In this document: positions 20,237 through 32,942 of the stretch, piece by piece | Numbering within the stretch: the first letter of the stretch is position 1 | How the letters are laid out: each line of letters starts with the position of its first letter | Translations under genes and position numbers: made by a program | The notes under the pieces: model-generated | Database searches by the model: none | What the model was told of the DNA's origin: nothing | Seen by the model: the letters and a program-made list of their open reading frames with translations, nothing else | Assembly (NCBI GenBank): GCA_013239625.1 | Contig: MU054338.1 | Location: 870,001 to 934,000 of the forward strand | Source: Lama guanicoe | Taxonomy: Eukaryota | Length of the DNA: 64,000 nucleotides | Direction of reading: 5' to 3'

Positions 20237-20367
20237 GGGGAGGGAGGGTGTAGCTCAGTGCAGTGCTTAGCATGCACAAGGTACTGGGTTCAGGCCCCAG
20301 TACCTCCATTAAAAAAGATTATAACAATAACAAATAAAGGAACATAATTACCTCCCCCACAAAAAAA
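20237..20367 (+). mobile_element. tRNA-Ala-derived SINE (Vic-1-like)
   Basis: TAGCTCAGTG...GCTTAGCATGCACAAG...taattacctccccc plus an A tail. Confidence 0.8.
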
Positions 20368-20424
20368 GAGAACCTCCAAGACTACACAGCCAGTCACTTA
20401 AGTGTGTTCTGTCTTTTGTTTGTG

Positions 20425-20590
20425 GCTCTTGAAATTAAAATTTAAGCCAAGTAAAATTTAAAACTCAGTCTCTCAGTTGCACGAGCCACGTTTCAGATGC
20501 GGGGTTGCTCGCTGTGGCCGGTGGCTTCTGTGCTGGGCGGTGCAGACCTAGAAGTCTCTCCAGCACAGAGCGCCCTGGTGGACGACACTG
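20425..20590. mobile_element. MER3/MER33-like hAT fragment
   Basis: TAAAATTTAAAACTCAG...AGCCACGTTTCAG...GTGGC. Confidence 0.55.
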
Positions 20591-22389
20591 GGATGGAGCA
20601 CGGCAGAGAGGCGCTGTCTCAGAGGGGCCTCCAGCCCCCGGGGCTACTTACTGACTGACTGAAGTATACTCAGGTTAGAGTGTTTGGTGACGCCTGGGCT
20701 ATTTCATTTTACAGTTAAATTCCACCTGACGGGGTGGGAGAGACTCAAGGAGGAATCCCAAGGCTCCAACTCGCCTTTTACCTTGTCCCCCATCATCGTC
20801 TCCCGCTCCTCTGTCAACCCGTGTTTCCCTGAATGCACCCACTCCCACCGCCTCCAGGGCTTTTTGCCATGCTGTCTCCCCCGACCCGCCATCAACCAGC
20901 CCCTCTATCTGGCCTTCCCGTGTATCCTCAGATAGAATTCATCTCTCCCTCCTCTGAGACCCTGACTCCTTCATCCATCCACCATCCATCCGTCCGTCAT
21001 TTGTCACCCGTCCAACAAACGCTGAGCATCCACCAGGCGCTGTTTGTTCTCTGCTGAGATTGTTGCGTTTCCCTGGTCTTGAAGCCGTGTCTGCCTTGGT
21101 CCCGTCCAGACTGTAAGGACATCACCTGACGACAGTAGGGGATGGCGTGGGGACTACAGCGGGCCAGCACTTACTGGGCCCTCACCACGGGCAGGCTCTC
21201 TGCTCAGCTACAGGAGATCAAATCCTGCCTAAGTCCCCACATTACAGAGGAAGCTGCAGAGGTGACATGGCGGAGGTCTTGTAACAGGAAGGTGGCAGGT
21301 AGGAATGGGACTCAGGTGTCTGTCTCTAGAGCTCTGGTTTCCCTGCACACGGTGGACTTGAGGCATGAGTCCCACCCCAGGAATGTCCCCAGGGACACAC
21401 ATGACCATGGTGACCACAGACGGTTCCCACACTGAGCCCCCTTCGCAGATGGTTCAGTCTCACAGATGGGAGAACCCCGGCTTGCCCCTCAGTGTCCCCT
21501 GGGGTCTGATGAGACTCAGCAGATGCTGGACCAGGGTCACCCTGCTGTGCCGGACCCATGAACCAAGAAGACGATTGCCAAGGGCCAAGAGAGCTCACAT
21601 GCAAGCCCTGGGCCAGGCCTCAGCAGAAGGAGAGGAGCACCTGGGATCTTTGCCTTGACATGCGTCCCAGTTCCCAGGTGAGAACGTGATCCCTGTGGGT
21701 GATAACGAGTTTGAGTTACTCCAACTCAAGGTGGCTGAAACACAGGGGAAGGGCTGATTGGTGCCGATAACTGAGAGGCTGGGCCTATTACCTTCAGGCA
21801 GGGCTGCATCCAGGGCCTCAAATGGCCAGCTTGGGGGAAGGGCATCCCTATTAACCACTGCATCTTCAGAAACCCCTCCAGAGGGCTCTGGCCAGTCTGG
21901 ATTTGGGCCCCAGCCCTGGGCCTGGCCCTCCGTGGGCCAGTCATGCAGCCGCCGCACCCCCCCACCTCATTCCCTGCCAAGCTCCCAGACATCTGGGTGG
22001 TCCCGGGGACATCGCTCTTATTACAGGAGCAAACTGACCATCCCACTCGCCTGCAGTTCCCCAGAGGCCCCTCAATTTCTTACAGATGCCAGACCAACCC
22101 CACCCACCCACTCCCGCCAGGATCCTTGCTCAGGCTCCCGGCTCCTCCTCCCTCCCAAGGAGGCCCCCCCAACCTGCCCTTGAACCTTTGGCCCTTGAGG
22201 GGCAGGGGGGCTGCTCTTTTTCTCTTTGTGGCCAAACTGGGGTGCAGTCTCCATCCCCTCACCTCCCTGCTGCACCCACCACCCTCTGTGGCCTGACCTC
22301 ACTCCAGGTTAGTGGGGGCCATGACCACTCCCCTGCTGAGCCGCGGGCCGGCCCAGGGTCGGCACCGCCCACCTGCCCGTCCTGGTCAG

Positions 22390-22790
22390 CTGTGGCAGCT
22401 GTAACAAATTACTGCAAAGTAGGCGGCTTAAAACCATAGGTACTTGGTCTCCATGTTCTGAAGCTGGAAGCCTGAGATCAAGGCATGGGGCCGCGCGGCC
22501 TCTGCAGACTCCGGGGAAGCCTTCCTGCCTCTTCCAGCCTTCGGGGCTCTGCCTCCCTCGTCGCCCAGCTTCTCCCTGCGTCTGAGTCTCCAGTCTCCCT
22601 CTGCGTGCTTGTCTCTCCTCTTCTGTCTCTTACAGGGACACTCGGCGTTAGACTCAGGGCCACCCTAGTTTAAGATGATCTCATCTCAAGATCCTTACTT
22701 CTATTTGCAAAGAGCTTTTTGCTTAATAAGTGCCCATGCATGGGTTCCGGGGGCATATTTTGGGGGGCCATGAATCAACACACCCCAACC
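22390..22790 (-). mobile_element. MaLR LTR (MLT1B/C-like)
   Basis: GCTGTAACAAATTAC...GATGATCTCATCTCAAGATCCTTA. Confidence 0.65.
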
Positions 22791-23904
22791 CTCTGAGCCT
22801 CCAGAGCCAGGAAAGTGGGCCTAGGGGTACCCCATTTTACAGATGGGGAAATTCCAGGCAGGGCTGGGCTGGAACCCTAGGTGTGGGGGGCTCTTCCTGA
22901 GACTCACCCCAGTCCACACAGCCTGGGATGGGTTCAGTGCCCCAGGTGCCACTACTTGGAGCCAGAGGATCTGATGTGGTCGCCACTCAGTGGGGACACT
23001 GATCATGGGGTGCCCTGTCCATCTCTGGCTGATTCCTCTCCATACCCTCTTGTTGCCCCATCAGACACTCAGAGCTCCTGTCATCCTGAGCCCCTGGCCT
23101 CCTCCTGGAAGCCTTCCAGGATGATTTGTCATCTGAGCTTTTCTAGCAGGCTGTGTCCCTCAGACTCCTCGTTGCCCATTCCTCAAGCCAACAGCCTGTG
23201 GGGACCCTGGCCCCTGGGCTTGTTCCTGGAGCAGTCCTAAGCCCCTCCCTGTCACCGCACCCCACTCCCCACCCATCCTATCCTCCATGCACTCCAGGGC
23301 CTTCTTCTCCAACTTCAGAACTTTGGTGTCACCCACCAGCTGCCAATGGTCCAACCCATGGTCCCTCAGTCCTCACCTCTGGGCCATCCCAGCCCTGAAG
23401 AACTCTGACAGCCCCATGGGCCATGGTCCTCTGGTCCCAACTAGGTGACTGGGGGACACGGGGGACACCTGTGGTTCATCGCTCAGACATCCTTCGGGGA
23501 CTGGGAGGGGTCAGGACCCATCCTGGGATTTAGATTCCCAGACCTGTCTCCTCACCTGCACAATGTCAGGTGGACCCTGTCCTGCAGGGGAAGGGCCCCC
23601 CACATGCCATGGAGCTGCCCCAGGAAGGGACACCCTGGCACCACCCCCTCCACATAGGCCATGGCTGTCCCTGCGGTTGGCTTTCCCCTGGGACGTGGGG
23701 CTTTGAGCCTCAGGAAAAGGAAACCTGGCTGGACCACCTTTCCCTGTAGACCCGATGCTTACAGCACCGGTCTTGAGGAAGAGCCTGGAATCAGGCATCC
23801 TGAGCGCAATCCCTTTGTGTTGGAGACTGGGGAGTGAGGGGCTGGATCCGAGCCCCCACCCACCCCCTCCCTCATGCCCACCCGCCCCACACCAGGCCAA
23901 GGGC

Positions 23905-24737
23905 TCACGTGTAGTAAAAAGACTTTATTAAGAAGGCTTTGAAGTCAAAAAATAAAACTCTTGATACAATTTTCTGAACCCTTAGGTCAGCTCAGCAAAT
24001 ATATAATCAGTAATTTAGCTGTGTAAGATTAAAGGTCCGTTACTTTATTTAAAATAAAATATATTTTAGTTCTTAAAATTTATTCCATAAAGTACGTATT
24101 TCCCTATAAATTCCCTACATGTACACAAGAGGTAAAAAGTAAAAGTTAAAAACAATAAAAAAAGTAAAAACTGACAACAGAAGCCACAGCAGAAGGGGAT
24201 TAATAAGTAAAAACAAGTCGGAACGTTCGGGCTGCCCCTCGCCCCCCACCCCCTCCGGCCCGCGCGCGGCTTACATGCTGAAGGGTGCCTGTCTGGCCGC
24301 AAGCAGGGACCCATTCTCCTCGTGGGAGTTTCTGCAGAGGCTGCAGCCGTGGGTTCGCTACGTACAAAAGGACAACCGAGCTGTAAAAACCGTGGTTTTG
24401 TTTTCGTTTTGTATTACAAAGATCGCCCAAGGGTGGGGGGTGTCTGAAACAAAAAGTGCAAGCAGGCAAGCAGGCCTTTTCTCTCGGGTTTATTTTAACC
24501 TATCGGCTCAATACTGTCATTTGTTGAGAAGCGAGGTGCCGCTGGGCCGCTGGGCCGCCGTCTCCACGCCTGGGGCCGGAGTTAAAGCTCGTCTGTAAAC
24601 ACTGGCGCGCCGCCCGCGCCCGCCGCCCCTCCGCCTGGCGCCCTTCCTCCCCACCCGGCCTCGGCCTCGCCAGGAGCGCGCCCGCCCCGAGGACCGCCTC
24701 GGGGGGTGGGGGGCCGCGGCCGCGGCGAGGTGACCTG
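23905..24737 (-). other. MEX3D: MEX3D AU-rich 3' UTR
   Basis: AT-rich block in GC-rich DNA; minus-strand AATAAA at 23924-23929 (probably distal), 24044-24049, 24079-24084 and 24489-24494. Confidence 0.75.
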
Positions 24738-26020
24738 CTACGAAAAGATATGGATGGCCTGGGTGGCGGGCGTGCGACAGGCCGGGCACTCGGGCTCACT
24801 CTTGCCGCAGATGCGGACGGCGCAGTCCATGCAGAAGAGGTTGTGGCCGCAGGGCACCAGCGCGGCCATGACCTCGCCCTCGGCGCACACCACGCACTCC
24901 CGCGCCAGGGCTGGCGCGGTGGCGCCCGGGTTCGGGGCCGCCGGGCCCTTGCGGCCGCCTTCCGAGGCGCTCGAGTCCAGCGGGGAGCACGAGGAGACCG
25001 AGGAGCTGCTGGGCAGCGAGGTGGCCGTGGAGAAGCTGGCGCTGCTCGAGAAGGACGACAGGGGGCCCTGCGGGGGCAGCCAGGGCAGCGGGCCCAGCGG
25101 GTCGGGCGCGGCGCGGCGCGNNNNNNNNNNNNNNNNNNNNNNNNNNNNNCGGCCGAGCTTGAAGGCCGGCAGGGGCGCAGCCCGCTCAAAGGGGGCCCAG
25201 ATGGTGGCCGCGGCGGGAACAGTCAGGTCCAGCGCCAGGAAGTCAAAGCCGAAGTCACAGTCTTCCGGGCCGGGCGGCCCTGCGGGGGCCCCGGGACCAT
25301 CCCCGCCGAAGGTGAAGCCCCCGTTGCCCGAAGCGCCGTAGGGGCTGGCGGGGCCCGTTTCCGGCACTGGCACGGGTGGACCCCCGCGGCCGCCGGCGTA
25401 GAAGGCCTCGGGGCCCCCCGGGGCGCCCAGCGTTGCGTCCCCGCGGAGGGCAGCCGTGGGTGCCGGTGGCCGCCGCGCCGGGTTGGGGGCCTTGGCCCAG
25501 AGACCTGCGGCCGCCCCAAGCAGATCAAGGCAGACGTCGGTGCCGTTGGAGTGGAAGTCACTGTCGGGGCCGGCATCGGTGAAGGCGCCCGTGCGCAGCG
25601 TGATGTGGGCCTCGATCTCCTCGCGCGCCCGGTCCACGTTCTCGGGCATGCCTGTCACGGCGAACACCGGCTCCTTGTCGCGCCCGGGCGTCACGATGTA
25701 CGTGTGCGTCCGCTGCTGGATGCGCTTGATGGTGGCGCCCTTGGGCCCCACCACCAGCCCCACCACGCGGTAGGGCACGCGCACCTGGATGGTGGTCTGT
25801 CCCGGCAGGTTGGGCGGGCCCTGCGCGGTGCCCGGCAGCCCGCCGGCCTTGCTGCGCGTGGCGCGGATCACGGAGAAGTGCTCGGCAGCCGACAGGATCT
25901 CGCGCTTGGCCATCTCCACATCCTCCTTGCGGCCGGTCACGATGAAGACCGGCTCCTCGCCGCGCACCGGCGTCTTGATGTACGTGTTCGTCTTGGCTCG
26001 AAGTGCCTTGATCTTGCAGC
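24738..26020 (-). CDS. MEX3D: MEX3D exon 2 coding part (contains a 29-N gap)
   Basis: KH1 C-part, KH2, RING; TAG at 24740-24738. Confidence 0.93.
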
Positions 26021-29000
26021 CTAGGGGCGGGGTGAGACGGTGATGGCAGGGGCGCTTCCCCAGGACAGACCCTCCTGGGGAGCCCCCACCCTCTGCCTGT
26101 AATCTCAGGCCCACTGCTGTTCCTCCCTCCTACCCTGGGCCTCAGTTTCCCCTCTGGTTTTGCCATCACCTCCTCCTTAACGGGAATTGGCGAAAAGGCA
26201 AGGAGGGACCCTGCTATGTGTTGAAAGGGGTCCCCCCAAATTCATGTCCACCTGGAACATCAGAATGGAACCTTATTTGGAAATAGGGTCTTCACAGAGG
26301 TAGCTAGTCAAGACGAGGTCATGTCAGAGCAGAGGGTCCCGAGTCCAATGATTGGAGTCTCTATAGAGGAAGGACTCGCAGAGACACAGGAGGCGGAGCC
26401 CAGGGTTGAAGTGAGGCGGCCACAAACCAAGGGATGCCAGGGGCTGCCTGCACAGCCAGGAGCTAGGAGAGGGGCCAGGGGCAGACTCTCCCTGGAGCCT
26501 CTGGAGGGAGCCCAGCCCAGCCGGCACCTTGATTTCAGATTTCCACCCTCCAGAACTGTGGGGCTTGTTTCTATAGTTTCAAGCTAGGCAGCTCATTCTA
26601 TGAGCCCCAGGACACTAATACAGACCCCGTGACACCAACTCCGTCTGATGGGTGGGGAAGCAGGCTCAGACTGCAGAAGCCGCCTGTAATTTTTTCTGAC
26701 CAAGTGACCCTCCCCCCAAAGCAGATCCTGGGCCCCCAGGGGTCCCAGCCTTGGGGCTTCATTGCTGCTGCCCCAGTTGGGTTGGGGGCTGACCCTGCGG
26801 GTGGGGGCCAGTGTCCATGAGGGAGACGGTCAGGCTTGCAGGGTCCTGGACTGGGTGCCTCACCCTGTGTCTAAGCAGCCCTCCTGCGGCTGAGGGGAAG
26901 CTGCCCCGAGACATGTAAACACCAGGTGGGGCCTGCCCCGGTGCCTGACACCCCCACCCCAGCCCTGGGGCCTCTGAGATGTCGTGAGCCCGAGCCCAGG
27001 AGTCTGGGAGACCCCCTTCTCTCCAAGTTCTGGGGAGGCCAGGGACACAGGAATATTGTTTCAATGCAAACAGAGGGTGGCACTGACAGGAATAACTGTG
27101 GCTGACTTCTCCAGCAACAGAAGATACAAAGTCAGCAGGACGAGCTGTCCGCGGGAAGAAGCAGGGGAGAAGGGGCCTGGGCCAGGGCTTAGGCGTCAGC
27201 CCCAACCCAGTGCTTTGAGAAAAGGCGGGACAGGGAAGGCAGGGTCAGAAAGCTCCCAGGGAGGAGGTGGGTGGGAAGCCTCTGCTCTCCACCCATCTCC
27301 TGGTCCCCAGCCATTCCCTCCATGGCCACCCAGGGTCCTCCCCCTTAATGGCTGCATGGCCTCACTGGCAACCCCAAAGGCAGCCTGACTTGTGGCTCCC
27401 TCCACTTCTGCTGGGATGGTCTCTTCACCCGGCAGCTGGGGAGGCCCCTCCTGCAGCTCCGCTGCACATGACCTTCCCCATTTGTAACATTATCCTCACT
27501 GCTACCCCCCACCCCCGCTGTCTTCTCCCTTCTCTGCATCAAATTGCAGCCCAGCATCTCCTTTTCCAGGAAGCCCACCCTGACTATGCTGGCCAGGCCA
27601 CAGCACACACTTCTGAGAGTTTCTCCTCACACTGTATGTCTGGCTTTCTTAACTCCCCAAGGCTGGGGGACTGTGCTGTAAGGGCCGGAGCACTGGGGAT
27701 TGCCCTGGGCACTTGAGGGAACTGTCCTGTGCCTCAGTTTCCTCACCTGCCAAAGGCAGGCAGAAAAAGACCCAGTCTCACAGGTTGGGGAGCAGTCCCA
27801 GAATGGCACCCCACTTTTGCAAGTCTTAAGGGCAAGTGGAGGGAGGATTAAAATCTCTCCCAAAATGTTTGGTTCCAGCAACCCCAGTCAAGGGGAGGGA
27901 AGTGAGGCCAGGAGAAAGGGCAGGGTATTTGCCAAAGTCCGGGGAGAGGAACACCCACTACCTGGACCCTTTGTACAGCAGGAAGTGGGCCTTGCTCCCA
28001 ATCATATGGGGTGGCTGAGGCCTGGACCCCAAGTGCTGGGGGGGCCTGGAGGGTCACATGTAGAAAGGTGGCTGAGTGAGACGGCAGTTGTGGGTGAGGG
28101 GCTGGAAAGGGGCAGAGAAGGGGTGCCTGGCCACACGGGGGACCTGGCAGTTTCCCACTGGCCGGCACCCATCCTGCTCTGGCCCATAGGGTGGCCTTGG
28201 GTGGAGCCCTGGGTGGCCAAGCAGAGCCCAATTCACTAACCACATTTCAGCTGCGGCACTCACTGGCTCCCTAAACCCCACCCACACTAAGACCCCAAGA
28301 GGCAGCAGAGCATGGGGGTGGGACTGTGCAGGCCAGGATCCTGGGGCTCCAAGAGAGACCCTGGGGCTGGCACCAATTGGCAGGCAATGTAGAAATGCAG
28401 ATTCCTGGGCCCTACCCCCAGGATTGCAGCTCAAAGAGCCCAGGAAGGCAAGTGACTGTCACAGAGGCCGCCTGCCCCAGGCCCCAGCAGCCCTCACCCA
28501 CAGTAGTGTAGCCTACTGAGAGGGGCAGGGCTGCAGGTACCCGCGGGAAGGCTAAATGCGGGCAGCCCTCAGCTATCCCACTGCTCACGTGACCCCAAAC
28601 GGGGGTCCAGGCCACCCCTGTGCTGGACACTCAGGGAACCAAGCCACATGGGCTCTTCCCCAAGGGAGCCCACATGGGTGACCATGGGCCACACTTAGCA
28701 AGGAACCCTCAAGGCTGTGTGCGGGAGCCGAGGCAGCTGCCCTGGGGAGGCAGTGTGGGCTGGGGGAGAGCTCCTGGCTAAGGGAACAGCGGCGACAGAG
28801 TCCGGAAGCAGGACGGGGCTGGGACAAGTCAGTCCTATCCACCGCTGTCCCCAGCCCAGTGGGGTGCTGTCTCCAGAGCAAGGCTGAGTCACAGCAGGGT
28901 GGCCTGGGGGCCAAGCTGGCTCACTTGTGAAACGGGGCAGTGATCACCCCCGTGCAGGCAGGGCAGGGTGCATCTACATTTGCCAATGTAAGGAACCCCC

Positions 29001-32000
29001 AACCCAGGCCTGGGACCACCTTTCTTCTTGTGTCCCACAGCGGACCGGGGAGAACCTCAAGGCAGGGGTCCCACCAATCCCACTGTGCCTGCATGTGACA
29101 CCCTCGAGGGTGGGCCACGCACAAGCAGAGCAGCCCCCACCCCTCGCCAAGGGCCGCCGGAGGGGCCCCGGCTGGCTGGCAGGTCACTGGTTCCTGCCTG
29201 AGAGCCTGCTGTGCAGCTGGCCCACCTGGCCACAGCCATGCCCCAAAGTCAGAGCGAGGGCGGCAAGGCAGGAGGGCACAGGCTGCGGGGTGTCTCAGAA
29301 GGAAAAGTGCCCAAGGTCACGGCACGGCAAGGGCACACCAGCCCCTCAGTGACCTTCAACAGTGCCTTTACTAGTCCTTCTGGGTTTCCTCTTTTCCTGT
29401 CTGTAGGAGGGGCCATCTCCCCGCCACCCCCAACCTGGGGGCTTTGGAAGGTGCAAGTTATTTCCTGGCTCATCCCTGCTCCCTGCAGTGCAGGCAGAGC
29501 CCAAGAGACCAGGGTTCAAGTCCCGGTCCAGCTGCCCAGTTCTAGCTGCACCTCTCAGGTGGGTGATCGGAAGTGGCAGGGTGGTCCCCGGGGAACACCT
29601 CAGGGCTCAGCGAGGTGGGGCATGTTGAGGCTCCTTCTCTGCGGGTCCAGGGCACCTTCTGGGCCTCTCAGCCTCAGGGATGAGAGAGAACTCCAAAGAC
29701 TGTAACCACCTGCCCCGTGCCCAGGAGATGCACGGACCTGCTCCAGGACTGAGAAGACCGAGGCTCAGAGGACAGCAAGGGGGTGTCAGGAAAGGTCAAC
29801 CCCAAGTCTGTGGCTCTGGGTGGCTGAGGCTTGGGGCGGGGAGCGGTCCCGGACCTGGGGTTTGACAGAAAAGGGTAATTTCAGGGCAGGCTATGCATGC
29901 CCCTCTGCACCAGGGAAGCAGAGCAGTAAGAAGGGACAGGTTTTGTGTCCAGGGTCCCACCAGGTGGACAGTGGGGTGGGTGACAGAGGAAGGGCTGGGC
30001 ACAGAGTCTTCCAGGGTGTGCTCAAGAACTGGGTGTGGAGACGGGAGCTACAGATGCTTCCAGAGCTGGGGGCATGCAGGGCTGCTGAAGCTGCCACCCT
30101 GACCTGGCCTTCCTGCTCCTTCCTGGTGCCCTGTGCCCCCCTCACAGGGTGGCTATTGTGCGCTGGCCTGGAGCTGGGAGGAGAACCAGCATTTTGCTCG
30201 GGAATCCTCACCGAAACCCGAAGGGAGGGACCCTCCCGAGGGACCCTCCCCCTGTCACAGAGGAGCTCTCATGCTCAGGGTCACAGGGCCACTCCAGGCT
30301 GCAGGGAGAGCCTGCAGGGCAGGCCATGCTGTCTGCCATCAGCAGGAACTCAGCTGGCACCCAGTGAACAGGTTCCCAATGCACATGCCGAGGTCAGGGT
30401 GGAGCCTGACTACTGGCCACCACAGACCCTTCGGCACAAGGCCGTGATCTGGTGCCCTTGCTAGACTCTGCCGCCACCCAGGTGGCTGAGGCCCCTCTGG
30501 ACCCCTGGGGGCCAGGATGCGGATATTCACAGGTAACCTGCCCTCAACCGCCACCTCTGGGCAGATCAGCATAGTGACCTTGGGCAACAGCCCCCAGGCC
30601 TCAGGCTCCTGGAAGCTAAGTCTGGGGCAGCTGTCTCGTTACACAGGGCAGTTATGGGGGACAGGGACAGGGAGGGGGTGGTGGAGGGGAAACGTCTGGT
30701 GTGGGGTCTCACCCTGCCTGCCCACAGAGGCGGCTGCAGGGCTTGGAGAACGGCTATCCTGTCCCCCTCCCCAGCTCCCATTCCTGAGGGTGGTGGGTCC
30801 CTTGGCCCAGCACAACACTTGGCCCTCCTTGTGTCTACAAGCGGGGAGGACAAGTGAATAACTGAACCGACCTGTACCCAAAACCAGAGGGCTTGCCGGC
30901 CTGATGGCCCCACCCACCGGGAACTAGTGGACGGCGGTGCCCAGGGCCTTCCCCATGGTCCCCAAACTGCAGTGATGAGGGTGACAGACCACCCTGCAAT
31001 TCAAGCCCCCCCCACGCTTCTCTAGGTCCTGTTACTGAGGGCCCAGAGGCCTGGACCCCCAGCCCTACCTCAAGCCCCGCCCAGGCCCCACCCCAAGTTC
31101 TAGAACCTGGCTGGCCAGCAGGGAGCCAGCAGCCTGGAGTTAGGGTTAGGAGTTGGGACGTGCAGGCAGGAAGACAGGAGACAGTTGAGGCTGGTAGGCA
31201 GGCAGCTAACACGGTGGGTGGGTGGGTGTGTGCTGGGCCGGGCACTGCCCACCACCCTCCCCCCCGCCCGCCCTGCAGCTCCAGGGCCAATGAGCGGCCG
31301 CCGGCCTGATGTCACCCTGCAAATCTCAGCCTGGCTCCCGAACAAAGAGAACAATGGAGCGGCCACAGGGAGCTCCGACAGTGCTGCTCTGGGACCCCCG
31401 TGCCCTGGGCCTGCTGCCCGCCACCCGGCCAGGGGGAAGGCTGTGGGGTTGGACCCCAGAAGTGGCTTTTACAGTGGGTTCTTCTGCATCTCCCCAAATC
31501 CCTGGCTGGGGGCCGAGAGCGGGATCGAGATCCTCTCATCCTATTCTGCCCCACCCCCTGCTACCCGCAGCAAGGTGCCGAGGATGGCAAGTCCCGATGT
31601 ACCTACCCTTTTTGTGCCGCCAAACTTCTCTCCTGACCCTGCAAGAGTGCCCCCGCCCCCAGGCCTAGGCACCCGCAAACCCCGGGGAACCCGCCCCCTG
31701 CCTGTTTTGGGTAGAGAGTGCCCACTGGCCAGCCTGCCCCCGCCCTCCCCTGGATGCCACCAGAGGCGGCCGAGGGCCCCAGCAGTTAGATGCATGCAGG
31801 GGCCTTTCTGGGATGGAGGCGCCCAGACAAAGGCAGCAGCGGGGCCCGAGCGCCGAGGGGAGGAGCGCGGGCTGCGCCCAACTTTCTCCCGCGGCCAGCG
31901 GCAGGACAAAGGCGCACAGGCAGCCACCGAGGCCCGAGCCCACGCGGGGCGTGGTCGGGGTCTGGCGTCCAGCCGCGGGCTGATCTGGGCGGCCTCTCCC

Positions 32001-32544
32001 CGGCCGAGCCGCGTCGGGACCCCTGGGGCGGCGCCCCCGACAGCGGCCACTCACCCTGGCGACCCACGATCTCCGCGACATGCTCGGAGCTGGGCACCGG
32101 CACACACTCGGTCATGTTCACGCTCTTCTTGCGGCTGCCGATCACGCTCATTTGCTCGGCCAGCAGCGTCGGGGGGCCCAGGGCCGCCGGGTGGGGTGCG
32201 AAGCCGGCGAACACGTCGGGCGGCGACCGCCGGGGCGGCGGCGGGGGGCTCACCTCGGGCTCCAGCAGCGTCAAGGGGCCAGGGGCCACGGCCACACCGG
32301 GCGCACCCGCCTCAGGCCCGTCGGGGGTCGCGAGCTCCGCCGCGGCTCCGCCGTCCGCGCCCCCCTCCGCTGCCGCTGCCGCCCCGTCGCCTGCGGCCGC
32401 CCCTTCATCGTCCTGGTCGCCTGCGCCCCCCAGCCCCAGCCCCGAGAGCTGGTCCAGCGCCAGGCGCAGCGCGGCGGCCGCGTCGTCGGGCTCGGGCGGT
32501 GGCCGGGGCGCGGGCGCGGCCTCCTCGGCGCCCTCGGGCGGGGG
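24738..32544 (-). CDS. MEX3D: RNA-binding E3 ligase MEX3D (2 KH domains plus C-terminal RING); complement(join(24738..26020,32055..>32544)); start codon in N gap
   Basis: KH1 [32 protein letters not shown]2 [45 protein letters not shown]...CPAC. Donor G|gtgagt at 32055, acceptor ctag| at 26020. Synteny supports paralog D. Confidence 0.95.
25121..25149. other. Assembly gap (29 N)
   Basis: Run of N. Confidence 1.
26215..26621 (+). mobile_element. MaLR LTR (MLT1B/C-like) in the MEX3D intron
   Basis: CCCCCAAATTCATGTCCACC...CCTTATTTGGAAATAGGGTC...CTAATACA. Confidence 0.75.
32055..32544 (-). CDS. MEX3D: MEX3D exon 1 coding part, 5'-incomplete
   Basis: [16 protein letters not shown]...[27 protein letters not shown]. 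Confidence 0.9.
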
Positions 32545-32942
32545 NNNNNNNNNNNNNNNNNNNNNNNNNNNNNNNNNNNNNNNNNNNNNNNNNNNNNNNN
32601 NNNNNNNNNNNNNNNNNNNNNNNNNNNNNNNNNNNNNNNNNNNNNNNNNNNNNNNNNNNNNNNNNNNNNNNNNNNNNNNNNNNNNNNNNNNNNNNNNNNN
32701 NNNNNNNNNNNNNNNNNNNNNNNNNNNNNNNNNNNNNNNNNNNNNNNNNNNNNNNNNNNNNNNNNNNNNNNNNNNNNNNNNNNNNNNNNNNNNNNNNNNN
32801 NNNNNNNNNNNNNNNNNNNNNNNNNNNNNNNNNNNNNNNNNNNNNNNNNNNNNNNNNNNNNNNNNNNNNNNNNNNNNNNNNNNNNNNNNNNNNNNNNNNN
32901 NNNNNNNNNNNNNNNNNNNNNNNNNNNNNNNNNNNNNNNNNN
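32545..32942. other. Assembly gap (398 N) covering the MEX3D start codon
   Basis: Run of N. Confidence 1.

Noticed and set aside
24706..26024. Plus-strand 424-aa and 211-aa ORFs
   Set aside because: Antisense shadows of the GC3-rich MEX3D coding exon.
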